A DNA stretch of 63,940 nucleotides, counting the filler, from Octopus bimaculoides (lineage: Eukaryota), in the NCBI RefSeq assembly GCF_001194135.2. It is 6 parts of 6 records of this genome, joined end to end, with 100 filler letters (N's around TTAATTAATTAA, not from the genome) between each part and the next. Parts side by side here need not be neighbours in the genome. Positions count along the whole stretch, not along the records: positions 1 to 29,939 come from NC_068984.1; 5 more parts are not named here. One strand, 5' to 3'. The position numbers were made by a program, and so were the translations under genes. Shown here piece after piece: positions 11,724 to 22,975 of this stretch. The notes under the pieces are model-generated. The model ran no database searches. It saw nothing but the letters and a program-made list of their open reading frames with translations, and was not told the DNA's origin. Every line of letters begins with the position of its first letter. The first letter of the stretch is position 1.

Positions 11724-12966
11724 TGCAGGGAGTAAATACACACTTTTAATTTACAAAATTTCTGATCTAAGTATCTTAATATGTTTTCAGCGGTGTAGAA
11801 TTTACAATGTAATTATAATTTTTCATTCCAGGTACCATTATATGAAACATTTGCGAAGAGTAACCATGCCACGCAAAAAAAATTCAGCAGAACTGTCAAA
11901 TTTTCAAAGAGGTCGTGTTGCTGGTCTTAGCTAGCGAAAAATTGCCGAAAATCTTCAAATTCCTCTTGCTACAGTTAATAGAATTATTGTGCAATTCAAA
12001 AGCCAAGGAAAAGAATCAACAGATTTTCGTCCCGGCCGACCTGAGCCTTCGGAAAGGAAGCTTCACTGTTTGAAGAGAATTGTGGAAAACGAACCTCGTC
12101 CGAAGGCTTCTGACATTGCAAAACAGCGAGAAGTTAGTCCAAGAACGTGTGTTACATATCTGCATAAGCTTGGGTATTGTGGACGAACAGCTAGAAGAAA
12201 ACCTCTCCTTCAACTAATTAATATCATGAAAAGAAAAAATGGGCTAAGGAGATGTCAGAAAACTCGAATTCATTTTAGGATAGAGTGATTTTCTCAGATG
12301 AATCCAGATTTGCATTATTTTCAGACAGTGGACGTGTTTGGGTCTGGAGGCTTCCCAATGAAGAATTTGACTTGAAACGACTCCAACCAACTATGAAACA
12401 TGATGGTATCTCTGTAATGGTATGGGGAGCTGGCACCAGCAATGGTCATTTTGAGCTGATCGAATGTATTGGAACCATAAACTCTGAAAAATACATCGAA
12501 ATACTTAAGCAAGGACTTCTTCCAATGTATTCACACGATAACATAACGAAAAATGAATTTTTATTCATGGAAGATGGGGTTCCATGCCACACAGCTAAAA
12601 GGAATCAACAATACTAACTGAAAATGGGATCAAAAAGCTTCCTTAGCCGAGCCAATCTCCCCAAATGAACCCAATTGAAAATCTTTGGAACATACTAGAT
12701 AGAGCTATACGAATAACTCGACAGAAACCTACATCTAAAGATGAATTGTTTCGATTGTTGCGTGAAAAGTCGGCAGAAATTCCACAAGAGACAATCACAA
12801 AGCTCATCAGTTCAATGCCAAAAAGAGTTTCTGAATTAAAACTGCAAAGGGAATGTCAGCTAAATACTAAAGTATGTAGTCCTACCTATCGATCACATCT
12901 CAATTGTTCACTTTGCGCATTAAATAAAAGATTTTGAAAATTAAAGGTGTCTATTTACTTCCTGCA
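11724..12966 (+). mobile_element. Near-full-length Tc1-family transposon with a frameshifted transposase pseudogene (DD34E-compatible)
   Basis: 36-bp TIRs at 11724-11759 and 12931-12966 (4 mismatches), right TA flank; MPRKKNSAELSNFQRGRV start at ~11867, RRKPLL, FSDESRF, VMVWG, FMEDGVPCH, PSQSPQMNPIENLW, LISSMPKR; 34-residue D-E spacing is restored by correcting one 1-nt deletion. Confidence 0.92.
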
Positions 12967-13037
<71 letters not shown>

Positions 13038-13752
13038 ATATGATGTGTTATAATACTATTCTACAGCCATATCAACAATCCAATAATGCTAATCCACATA
13101 TGCAACAACAGCGATTCAAACAATCCAACATACCTCCATCATCAGCTGCTCCACGGATATCATTATGGTTTTGACACCTGGGCAATACGATGATATGTAT
13201 ACATTATATCTATATATATCCATCTATCCACCAATCTATCTATCTATCTATACAAATACTGGGGTACGTCCTCATAAATGAAACTTCCCCAATACTAAAT
13301 AGGAAATATACATAGTAGATATCATAGCCCCATACCCAGTTTACACAGGTAGAGTAGGATAATTAGTGGGCTTTACGTAGTTGTATGTATGTATGTGTGT
13401 GTGTGTATGTGTGTGTGTGTGTGTGTGCGTGTGTGTGTATGCACAGGTATGTAAGCATATGAATATGGAAGTAAAAGGTTCAACATACAGACAGATAGGT
13501 ACATAGGTTATATGAACAGAGAAGCACACATACGAACACATACACAAATGAAGACTGAAACACATGACCATATATACACAAACACTTTACTTCACACAAG
13601 GACACATCTGGAGACATACGTCCACACATATGGAGATACGCATCCATACATACAAATGTACACACATACATACATAAATACATGCATACACAAACATACA
13701 TGCATACGTACATGAATACATACATGGATGCATATGCACACACACGCGCACG

Positions 13753-13789
<37 letters not shown>

Positions 13790-14539
13790 TAATCCACACA
13801 CATGCGCACAAACAAACGAAAAGGAACGCAGTGTGAATAACAGACAGAGTCAAAATTATTGGAAAGGTTGCAAGACGTAACGAAAATTTTAGAAAAATAA
13901 AGAAAGAAATAAGTGAAAATTTTACCCTGCTNNNNNNNNNNNNNNNNNNNNNNNNNNNNNNNNNNNNNNNNNNNNNNNNNNNNNNNNNNNNNNNNNNNNN
14001 NNNNNNNNNNNNNNNNNNNNNNNNNNNNNNNNNNNNNNNNNNNNNNNNNNNNNNNNNNNNNNNNNNNNNNNNNNNNNNNNNNNNNNNNNNNNNNNNNNNN
14101 NNNNNNNNNNNNNNNNNNNNNNNNNNNNNNNNNNNNNNNNNNNNNNNNNNNNNNNNNNNNNNNNNNNNNNNNNNNNNNNNNNNNNNNNNNNNNNNNNNNN
14201 NNNNNNNNNNNNNNNNNNNNNNNNNNNNNNNNNNNNNNNNNNNNNNNNNNNNNNNNNNNNNNNNNNNNNNNNNNNNNNNNNNNNNNNNNNNNNNNNNNNN
14301 NNNNNNNNNNNNNNNNNNNNNNNNNNNNNNNNNNNNNNNNNNNNNNNNNATATATATATATATATATATATATATAAACAAATAACAACAGATGAATTGT
14401 GAACTACAATTCATCTGTTGTTCTTTGTTTATCTTTTGTTTAACACGGAATCTGCAATTTGCTTGGATCTGGAGTCCATTGTTTGCAACACAACGTGTGG
14501 CAAAAGTGCTGTACAAGCCTTTGTCATTTAAATCTAATG

Positions 14540-14660
14540 GCGTACAACATGAAATAAAGTATCTTACTCAAGAATACAACACACAACCCGGTCCGGGATT
14601 CGAACTCACTACCTCATAACTGTGAATCCGACGTTCTATCCACTGAGCCATGCGGCGTAT
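14540..14660 (-). mobile_element. tRNA-derived SINE head with CORE-like segment
   Basis: Minus strand TGGCTCAGTGGATAG (A-box) and GTTCGAATCCC (B-box), then GTTGTATTCTTGAGTAAGATACTTTATTTCATGTTG. Confidence 0.7.
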
Positions 14661-14767
14661 ACATATACACACATACACACATACACACACATATTTGTGT
14701 ATGTATATGTGTGTGTACATATAAACGTATATGCATACGCAATCATATTATATATATATATACACAC

Positions 14768-14801
<34 letters not shown>

Positions 14802-15238
14802 ATACAAACACACATACACACACCAACATAGACACACTGTTAAAAAGATGCGTTAGCATTGAAATATGTAAACATCAGTTGGGCGGGCGGAAGCTTTATG
14901 CAATCAACATTCAAACGTTTACGTAATGAAAACCTCATCTTAAAGATATGAACTGCATTCCAGTGCAAGATGAATTTTGGTTTCCTTTCGGGTCAGCTGT
15001 TGATGTTATTTCTTGACCTGTAAAAGAAAATACCAATCTTTACAATTCAACCTTTAAAATGTATTATATGTGCGGTCGGTTACCGTGAGCAGCAGCAGCA
15101 GCAGCAGTTGTAGTTGTTGTTGTTCTTGTGAGGTCAACTATGAATGAACAAACGTAGGAGCAAGGTCATTGCAATCGTGACTATCCGTCTATTTTAATAG
15201 ACACCGTATAAAATGTATTAACATAATTAAATATGTTT

Positions 15239-15797
15239 GGCGAGCTGGCAGAATCGTTAGCACGCCGGGCGAAATGATTAGCTGTATTTCGTCCGTCTTT
15301 ACGTTCTGAGTTCAAATTCCACCGTGGTCGACTTTACTTTTCATCCTTTCGAGGTCGATAAATTAAGTACCAGTTGCGTACTGGGTTGATCTAATCGACT
15401 GGCCCTTCCCGCAAAATTTAGGGCCTTGTGTAGAAAAGATTATTATTATTAAATCGGTGAGCTGGCAAAATGGTTAGCACGCCGAACGAAATGCTTCGAA
15501 TTCTGTCGCAGTCAATTTGTCTTTCATCCTTTCGAGGTCGATTAAATAAGTACCAGTTAATTACTGAGGCCTTGTGCTTCCATAAGAAAGAATTATGATT
15601 GTTGTTGTTGTTGTTGTTATTAATTCAGTGAGCTGGCAGAATCGTTAGCAAACCGGGAGTTCAAATGTTGCCGGGTTCGACTTTGCCTTTCATTCTCCTG
15701 GGGTCGATAAAAATAAGTGCCAGTTGAGTACTTTGGTCGATGTAATCGACTATTCCCCTCCCGCCAAATTTCAGGCCTTGTGCCTATGGTAGAAAGG

Positions 15798-15850
<53 letters not shown>
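15239..15850 (+). mobile_element. Three head-to-tail SINE D copies separated by (ATT)n/(GTT)n tails
   Basis: GAGCTGGCA(G/A)AAT heads at ~15241, ~15459, ~15630, each followed by TTTCATCCTTTCG.GGTCGAT and GGCCTTGTG..AGAAA.GA plus a triplet tail. Confidence 0.85.
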
Positions 15851-15851
<1 letters not shown>

Positions 15852-16429
15852 TTTCATGGCAGTAGTATACTCTCTACCATAGGTTTCGCTGCTATTTCTG
15901 ATCCTAAGTTTACCTCATTGATTCCATTAGATGTAATTGGATATAATAGAGGGGATAACTTTTTAAGGTGATATTTGATTAGCTGTCTGCAAGTTCATGC
16001 TTATTATAGCATACAGCTAATAGTAGAGTGGACGTTAATATATTTGATGAAGTCATTTTAATTAATTAATTACAATTGCGCTCTTAGTGACGAGATCAAT
16101 TATTATCCAAATGGTTAGTTCAGATAAAATTAATTAAATATAGAATGCAACGGGTAATAAGATTAATATTTTGCATAACAGTGGAGTGACAACTCTGTAT
16201 ATTTTATTGCATAGTATATATGTGTTTTCGGTTCTGTTAAATGAGACAAATTTCTTTTTCATATTTTTCGTTCAGGATGTTTCCGAGGTCAGTATTTATA
16301 AAGGCAGTGTGACGTGCTGGATGTATTAAGATTGCATTTAAAAAAAAGTCTGTGAATATGAAAGCAGAATGCGGTGTGCTGCGTGGAATCATAAGCTTAA
16401 GATTACATTTAGAAAGAGATGGCAGTTAA

Positions 16430-16670
16430 CCCATTGCTTTTCCTGTGTATCAGCATGTATACACAGGATACATTTCCCTGAAATCTATGCATCGTATATG
16501 GTACATATTGTCAACATTTTTCAACAACCAGACTTATGAAAAAGACTTGGGACTTATGAAAAAGAAGCTTATATTACTCAGAATATATGAAAACAGGGCT
16601 AACTACAAGTTGGAAAATACGCATGGCGGTTTAGGACATACTTATGAAAATGCTTTGGACAGGTAAAGGG
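16430..16670. mobile_element. piggyBac-like MITE (241 bp) with TTAA target duplication
   Basis: TTAA at 16426-16429 and 16671-16674; termini CCCATTGCTTTTCC and reverse complement CCCTTTACCTGTCC (10/14); internal repeated TATGAAAA motif. Confidence 0.7.
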
Positions 16671-16697
16671 TTAACTTCATTATTAAATGTAAAATAG

Positions 16698-16766
<69 letters not shown>

Positions 16767-17155
16767 TGTGCAAGACTACTGGAACGTGTAATATTGGTGA
16801 GTTGATAGGAGGAAGCTTAAGGGTAGTCTTTAATATGCTGCAATGGTGCAACCCGTTAAGGTGTGTGTGTGCATGNNNNNNNNNNNNNNNNNNNNNNNNN
16901 NNNNNNNNNNNNNNNNNNNNNNNNNNNNNNNNNNNNNNNNNNNNNNNNNNNNNNNNNNNNNNNNNNNNNNNNNNNNNNNNNNNNNNNNNNNNNNNNNNNN
17001 NNNNNNNNNNNNNNNNNNNNNNNNNNNNNNNNNNNNNNNNNNNNNNNNNNNNNNNNNNNNNNNNNNNNNNNNNNNNNNNNNNNNNNNNNNNNNNNNNNNN
17101 NNNNNNNNNNNNNNNNNNNNNNNNNNNNNNNNNNNNNNNNNNNNNNNNNNNNNNN

Positions 17156-17195
<40 letters not shown>

Positions 17196-17418
17196 GTATG
17201 TATGTATGTATGTATGTGTGTATGCATGTACGTACATATGCATTTATAGGTACATAAATACACATATTTACTGCCTGTAATTATTTCCATACCACGGCTT
17301 GACGCTAGTTTCCTGGAATTCGGACATGATTTTCCTCAGCGTGCTTCAGTTAATCAAAAGACGGAATCAGGGAATTCCACGTATTGTTTAATCACCACTT
17401 CTAAATTGTCTGTTGTCC

Positions 17419-17981
17419 TGAGAGGAGACAGTGAACGTTTCATATTTTCTGCAAGTGAATATTGCTTTAGTCTTTCTGTTCATTATTCGTGTCGGATGAT
17501 TTATGATATGATATTCCTCAGCCAAACATAAATTGTAATGATTTGAACATTTGCTGAAAAGAGTGGCTTTGTCTAAGAGAGATCATGCAATGTTAATAGA
17601 CTTCTATTTGTCTTTCTTATGTGAGATGCACTTTTAAAATCTTTGCATATACATATAACGTTGTTGTTGGATAGCGGCAATTGTAATTCCGTGAATGCTT
17701 TGTGATCAGCATGTTGCTATTTTGGGGGTAGAATGCCAAAGCGTTCAATAGCCACTTGCAAAGATTTTGAAAGTGTTACTCACATAAGAAAGACAAATAC
17801 AAGTCTATTAACAGTGCATGGTCTCTCTTAGATAAAGCCACTTTTTCAGCAAATGTTCAAAACATTGCAACTTATGTTTAGCTAAGGAATATCATATAAT
17901 TCATCCGACAAGAATAATAAACACAAAGACTAAAGCAATATTGATTCGCAGAAAATATGAAACGTTTACTGTCTCCTCTCA
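17419..17981. mobile_element. Foldback element/long-TIR MITE: ~228-bp inverted arms around a ~110-bp spacer
   Basis: 17419-17647 is the reverse complement of 17757-17981 (TGAGAGGAGACAGT.AACGTTTCATATTTTCTGC...AAAATCTTTGCA), roughly 85-90% identity by eye. Confidence 0.9.
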
Positions 17982-17984
17982 AGA

Positions 17985-18065
17985 GATGTATTAGCTTGAC
18001 GCTCGGTAAAAGGAGAAAGGGAAAAGTCTAAAGAAGGGAAAAAAATCGTCAACAGCACACGTGTA
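17985..18065 (-). repeat. Remnant of the hammerhead-bearing repeat family H with the ribozyme core deleted
   Basis: Minus strand CCGAGCGTCAAGCTAATACATC matches the flank 3' of the hammerhead at 46836-46872; no core present. Confidence 0.6.
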
Positions 18066-18157
18066 GCTACATTGCTGTAGGCGAAATATTAATATATATA
18101 TATGTGTGTATATATATTGATGGTTCTATATTTGAGAGAGGAGGAATTATGTACATT

Positions 18158-18259
18158 ATTTACATTATTTACATTTGACGGATATTTGTCCTCATCTTGT
18201 TTGTTGTTAAAATCAAACAAGCTGAGAACAAATATCCGTCAAATGTAAATAATGTAAAT
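18158..18259. repeat. 46-bp-arm hairpin with a 10-nt loop
   Basis: ATTTACATTATTTACATTTGACGGATATTTGTCCTCATCTTGTTTG (18158-18203) pairs with 18214-18259, 2 mismatches. Confidence 0.95.
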
Positions 18260-18865
18260 GATATATATATTGATATTTCGCATTGCGATATTAATAACGT
18301 GGTCTTAGAACTCAATATACATATGCTTCAGAATGAAATGTCTGTCGAGTACAGAGCGGTGTTAAGGAATTGCGTTGACAAAGGAATAAGAAAATATCTT
18401 ATGAATTTCATGAGCTTAAAGGGGCAATGCAGTTTCGAATAAAAGATGCAATGCACTCATATGTGTTATTTCTTTACTNNNNNNNNNNNNNNNNNNNNNN
18501 NNNNNNNNNNNNNNNNNNNNNNNNNNNNNNNNNNNNNNNNNNNNNNNNNNNNNNNNNNNNNNNNNNNNNNNNNNNNNNNNNNNNNNNNNNNNNNNNNNNN
18601 NNNNNNNNNNNNNNNNNNNNNNNNNNNNNNNNNNNNNNNNNNNNNNNNNNNNNNNNNNNNNNNNNNNNNNNNNNNNNNNNNNNNNNNNNNNNNNNNNNNN
18701 NNNNNNNNNNNNNNNNNNNNNNNNNNNNNNNNNNNNNNNNNNNNNNNNNNNNNNNNNNNNNNNNNNNNNNNNNNNNNNNNNNNNNNNNNNNNNNNNNNNN
18801 NNNNNNNNNNNNNNNNNNNNNNNNNNNNNNNNNNNNNNNNNNNNATATATGTATGTACACACACA

Positions 18866-18909
<44 letters not shown>

Positions 18910-18957
18910 CACACACACACACATATGTATGTATGTAAGTATGCATGTATGTATGTG

Positions 18958-18989
<32 letters not shown>

Positions 18990-18997
18990 TATGAATA

Positions 18998-19198
18998 TTT
19001 ATCTTTTACCTTTTACTTGATTCAGTCATTGGGCTGCAGTCATGCTTGGACACCTCTTTAAAGGGTTTAAGCGAATGAATCACCCCAGGACTTATTTTTG
19101 AAGTCTGGTACTTATTCTATCGGTCTCTTTTGCTGAACTACTATGTTATGGGGACATGAGCAAACTAACACCAGTTGTCAAGCGGTGCGGGACAAACA
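18998..19198 (-). mobile_element. SINE AB tail segment
   Basis: TTTATCTTTTACCTTTTACTTGATTCAGTCATT...GGTACTTATTCTATCGGTCTCTTTTGCTGAAC...GTTGTCAAGCGGT. Confidence 0.8.
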
Positions 19199-19233
19199 CA
19201 AGGACACATACACCACACATACACAAACACACA

Positions 19234-19266
<33 letters not shown>

Positions 19267-20002
19267 ATCTGTGCATATGTGTGTTTATACATACATGTGT
19301 GTGTATGCATGTGTGTGTATGCATGTGTGTGTATGCATGTGTGTTTAAATTGTCCAATGTATCATGTCATTTTTAAAAGAACCTTTTGCTGTTGTTGTTG
19401 TTGTTGTTTAGCATCAGGTCGGCTCTGATCGAGCAATCAAAAATTGCTCAGCTGTGGTCAACTACATAGTTCAATACAGCCTTCCATTTTTAGAGCGATA
19501 AGGTGCGTAAATTGCAGGCATCTGGCTGGAATTTCTAACAAATTGAAAAGCTTTATCGAAGTTTCTTCATTAGCCCATTTAAGACGCTAATGTTAATTGA
19601 TGCTGCTTCACTTTTTAATACTGAGGCTGCCGTTGTTGTTTCTTTCGTTTCATTTATTGTTGCTGTTGTTATGGCTATGGGTGTTATTGATTGCTATTAC
19701 AATTGTTCTTACATTCAAGGTATTCATGGCATTCTCTTATCACATTAATATTGTGTAGCAGCAGCAGCAGTGCTATTATTATTATTATTATTATTATTTT
19801 TTTTTTTTTCGTTGTTACTGTTGTTGTTGTTAATGAAGCTACTGATGTTATGGATAACAATCTTCTTTTGATTTAGAGTCCGATATTTTCTATTTCTTTT
19901 CCCATTGGTGACTGACTCATATACTAATAAATAATGGTAGCAACTGGTGACTCAAAACCATCACGAATGAATCAACTAGATATGTAGTTCAATCGCAGTA
20001 GT

Positions 20003-20037
<35 letters not shown>

Positions 20038-20043
20038 CAGTAA

Positions 20044-20083
<40 letters not shown>

Positions 20084-20404
20084 TGATGCAACGGTTGGAA
20101 TGGAATTCCCTACTGTACACAAATAGATAATGCTTCTTTCTGCATGACCTAAAAATGAAAGAAATGTAAAATAAAAAAAAATAAAAGAACTTCGAATGCA
20201 ACTTCGATAGCTGGATATAAGATGGATGTAATAATAGCTACAGTTGATGCAGAAGTAATTGATATGGAAATGAATATCAGTAGAGTAGGATGGCTGTTGC
20301 AAAGAACCAACTTCTCTATCTACGTCATAGCTCATAAACAAGAAATAGTTAAGAAACCATCATAGAGCAACACTCCTTCAACCCTACTGTCATTCCTATA
20401 ATGT

Positions 20405-20612
20405 CCTTTTCTACTCTAAGCACAAGGCCCGAAATTTTGGGGGAGGTGGGGCAATCGATTAGATCGACTCCAGTACGCAACTGGTATTCAATTTATCCAC
20501 CCCGAAAAGATGAAAGGCAAAGTCGACCTCGGTGGAATTTGAACTCAGAACGTAAAGACAAACGAAATACCGCTAAGCATTTCGCCCGGCGTGCTAACGT
20601 TTCTGCCAGCTC
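20405..20612 (-). mobile_element. SINE family D
   Basis: Reverse complement of the D consensus: GCACAAGGCC..GTCGACCTCGGTGGAATTTGAACTCAGAACG...GCTAACGTTTCTGCCAGCTC. Confidence 0.85.
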
Positions 20613-20974
20613 ACAGCCTTGTCATTCCTATAATATCATCATTCTGAAGGATAGGAATTAAAGAAAGTTCACAATTGTGTGTTTCCTTGTTCTAATTGTT
20701 GTTGTTGTGGTGGTGGTGGTTTTTGTGGTTGTGTTTTCCTAGATTTGTCCTTTTGTTTTAATTTCTTATCGTACTGTACAACAACAGCTTTACTGCATGC
20801 GTGCAACTTATTACAGAGATATTCAGCAGAGTGGAACGGCATAAGTCGAACTTTGGAATCGGATTAAGGACTTAATTCGCTACACACCATCAAAGACTAC
20901 TGCGATGACAAATTCATATTTTAAATGTTTTCGTATATGCATTTCAGGTTTTAGAAATTGACAGAACCCAATAG

Positions 20975-21180
20975 TTCTTTCTAATTTTGATTCGAGACCA
21001 GAAATTTTGAGGGGAGTGGGTAAGTCGATTCATCCACCTCAGTACTTGATTAGTGCTTTATTGTATCGACTCTAAATGGAGTGGGGCGTGGTGGTGCATA
21101 GTTAACTTCGATAGAGTTTGAACTCAGAATTCAAAAAAGTCGGAAGAAATGTCGCTGATCATTTTGTTCGACGCGTTAAC
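20975..21180 (-). mobile_element. Diverged SINE family D
   Basis: AGACCAGAAATTTTGAGGGG...TTTGAACTCAGAAT...GACGCGTTAAC, similar to 20405-20612. Confidence 0.6.
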
Positions 21181-21289
21181 AATTTTCTCACCTCACTATC
21201 TACTACAGAATCAAATAATGAGTTCTAAACACTACTTCTCTTCTCTATTGCTTTATTGTAATTACCATCACATTAGTTGTAGATACAAT

Positions 21290-22030
21290 CATCAATGCAT
21301 TTATGAACATACTTTTCTAAATATGATTAGATCTGTAGTAATAACGTCCATTGTTTAATTACATCGTTGAACTCGTAACACATCTTAGTCGTTAATAGCT
21401 TCTGTGATTTAGCATCTAATATTTTTTTAAATATTGCACGGTTGAACATCAGCTGCAGCAGAACATAACGTTTGTAATCATATCATTTGTGGTTTCAATA
21501 CGCTATATTTTATAGCATAATGTCAATTCTTCCAACTCATTGCTTCTATCTATGATCGTAATATTTGTTTCTGCTAACATCTGTCATAATAATGTCTCTT
21601 AATTATAATGCATAATCATATCAGGCGTTTTATGTACTAACACATTACATATATAATAATATACATCTGTTTCTTTCAACTTCATACATCTGCGATCATA
21701 ACATTTGTTGCTTCCAACGCATTACTTACGTGGCTATAACGGACATTTTTTTTCTCCCTCTGTCAAGTTATATCAATGATCATAACAACATTTGCTTATT
21801 GTTCCAGCGCATTATATATACAATGAAGAATATGGATTGCTTTTAACTCAGTTATTACAATAGATCTGCGATCATAATAAGCATCAGTGTCTTACACCTA
21901 TTATAAATACATCTCTCACTTATTCTAACACAATATACATATGATCATAATAACATCTGTTTCTTGTTCAAACGTATTACATCTGTGATCACAACACACG
22001 CTTATTTCAATTTATAACATTTACTATCAT
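21290..22030 (+). repeat. Ancient degenerate minisatellite (~40-44-bp unit)
   Basis: Motif ACATCTG(C/T)GATCATAA(TAA)CATTTGTT at 21548, 21686, 21772, 21862, 21937, 21979; related motifs recur near 23235 and 23410. Confidence 0.6.
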
Positions 22031-22199
22031 AATAGAATCAGTTGATTGCGACACTGGTGTTTCCTAACGTTCAGTTGTATTCCCTAGATTGCTTTATTAT
22101 ATATCATTAATCTATTCACCGTCATCTCCAACAACACTCATTCTTATGCAGATGGTATCACATCCATTCCTTAGCATTTTTCATGTAGGTAATCTTTCA

Positions 22200-22975
22200 C
22201 ATGTAACCAAGACATCTGACTCTAAAACTGCGCTATTTCTATAAATAGAGAATACGAAAACATTCCCATTCACCAACGCAAATATACGAAGACAGTTACG
22301 GTTCATATTATGGAAACCACTATGTACAACACCAAATCTAGTCACGAAAACATGCAGCTAAACCCTTCAAAGTCGCTACAAATGCTAGGACTTACAATTG
22401 CTAAAGCTAAACTCTAAAGGCATTCCTCTTCAGGGCTGGAAAACACTTCAGTTCTAGACGTTGCTGACTCACTACAAGGCTCTAAAGATTTCCGCATCTA
22501 GAAACACAAATCTGGGATAGGGTTGCTGCTACACATACGAACATTCTAGACCACTTCCAACTCCACCTACCAACGGATTGGTATAGAGTCACTCACTAGT
22601 ATACTCCAATCTCTGGTTCGCAAATACGCTGTCTACTCTCACTTCTTTTTCTATCTCTACTACAGTGGCCTTTCATCCTCAGAGTCACCTAGTTCCTGTA
22701 TCATCTCCACTCAAACTCACTCGACACATTTGTTTCCTTTCCTTTCTGTATAGCCATTATGTGTCTCTTTCACAGGCCTCTAACTAACTTCTTTCTCCAA
22801 TCCTTCCTTCCCCAAATGGTAACCTTCCTGAATCTCTTCTACCATATGTTTTCTTGGTAAAGTTATGGACATCAATCTCACCAATCTCACTTGTCTTCAA
22901 GGCAGGCGCGAAACGAATTGCTGCAACTGCTTTTCCCACGTTGTACGTTGAATGTGCGGAAATGCAGACCGCACA
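22200..22975 (-). mobile_element. Highly decayed RTE-like LINE endonuclease (APE) remnant
   Basis: Minus-strand fragments in the expected order: RTFNV, QENIW (cf. QETRW), VGGVG, and DVLVTC (cf. HLVTY); many stops and frameshifts. Confidence 0.45.

Noticed and set aside
16276-16287. 12-nt microexon candidate (TTCAG/GATGTTTCCGAG/GTCAGT)
   Set aside because: Splice-like motifs only; there is no supported neighbouring exon, and such matches are common by chance.
16582-16662. 81-nt candidate exon encoding IYENRANY...HTYENALD (receptor-tail-like Tyr motifs)
   Set aside because: It lies inside a TTAA-flanked MITE, and the YEN motifs come from a repeated DNA motif.
21290-22030. Decayed C2H2 zinc-finger array
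   Set aside because: The repeat period is about 40-44 bp rather than 84 bp, and no TGEKP linker or Cys/His pattern is recoverable.
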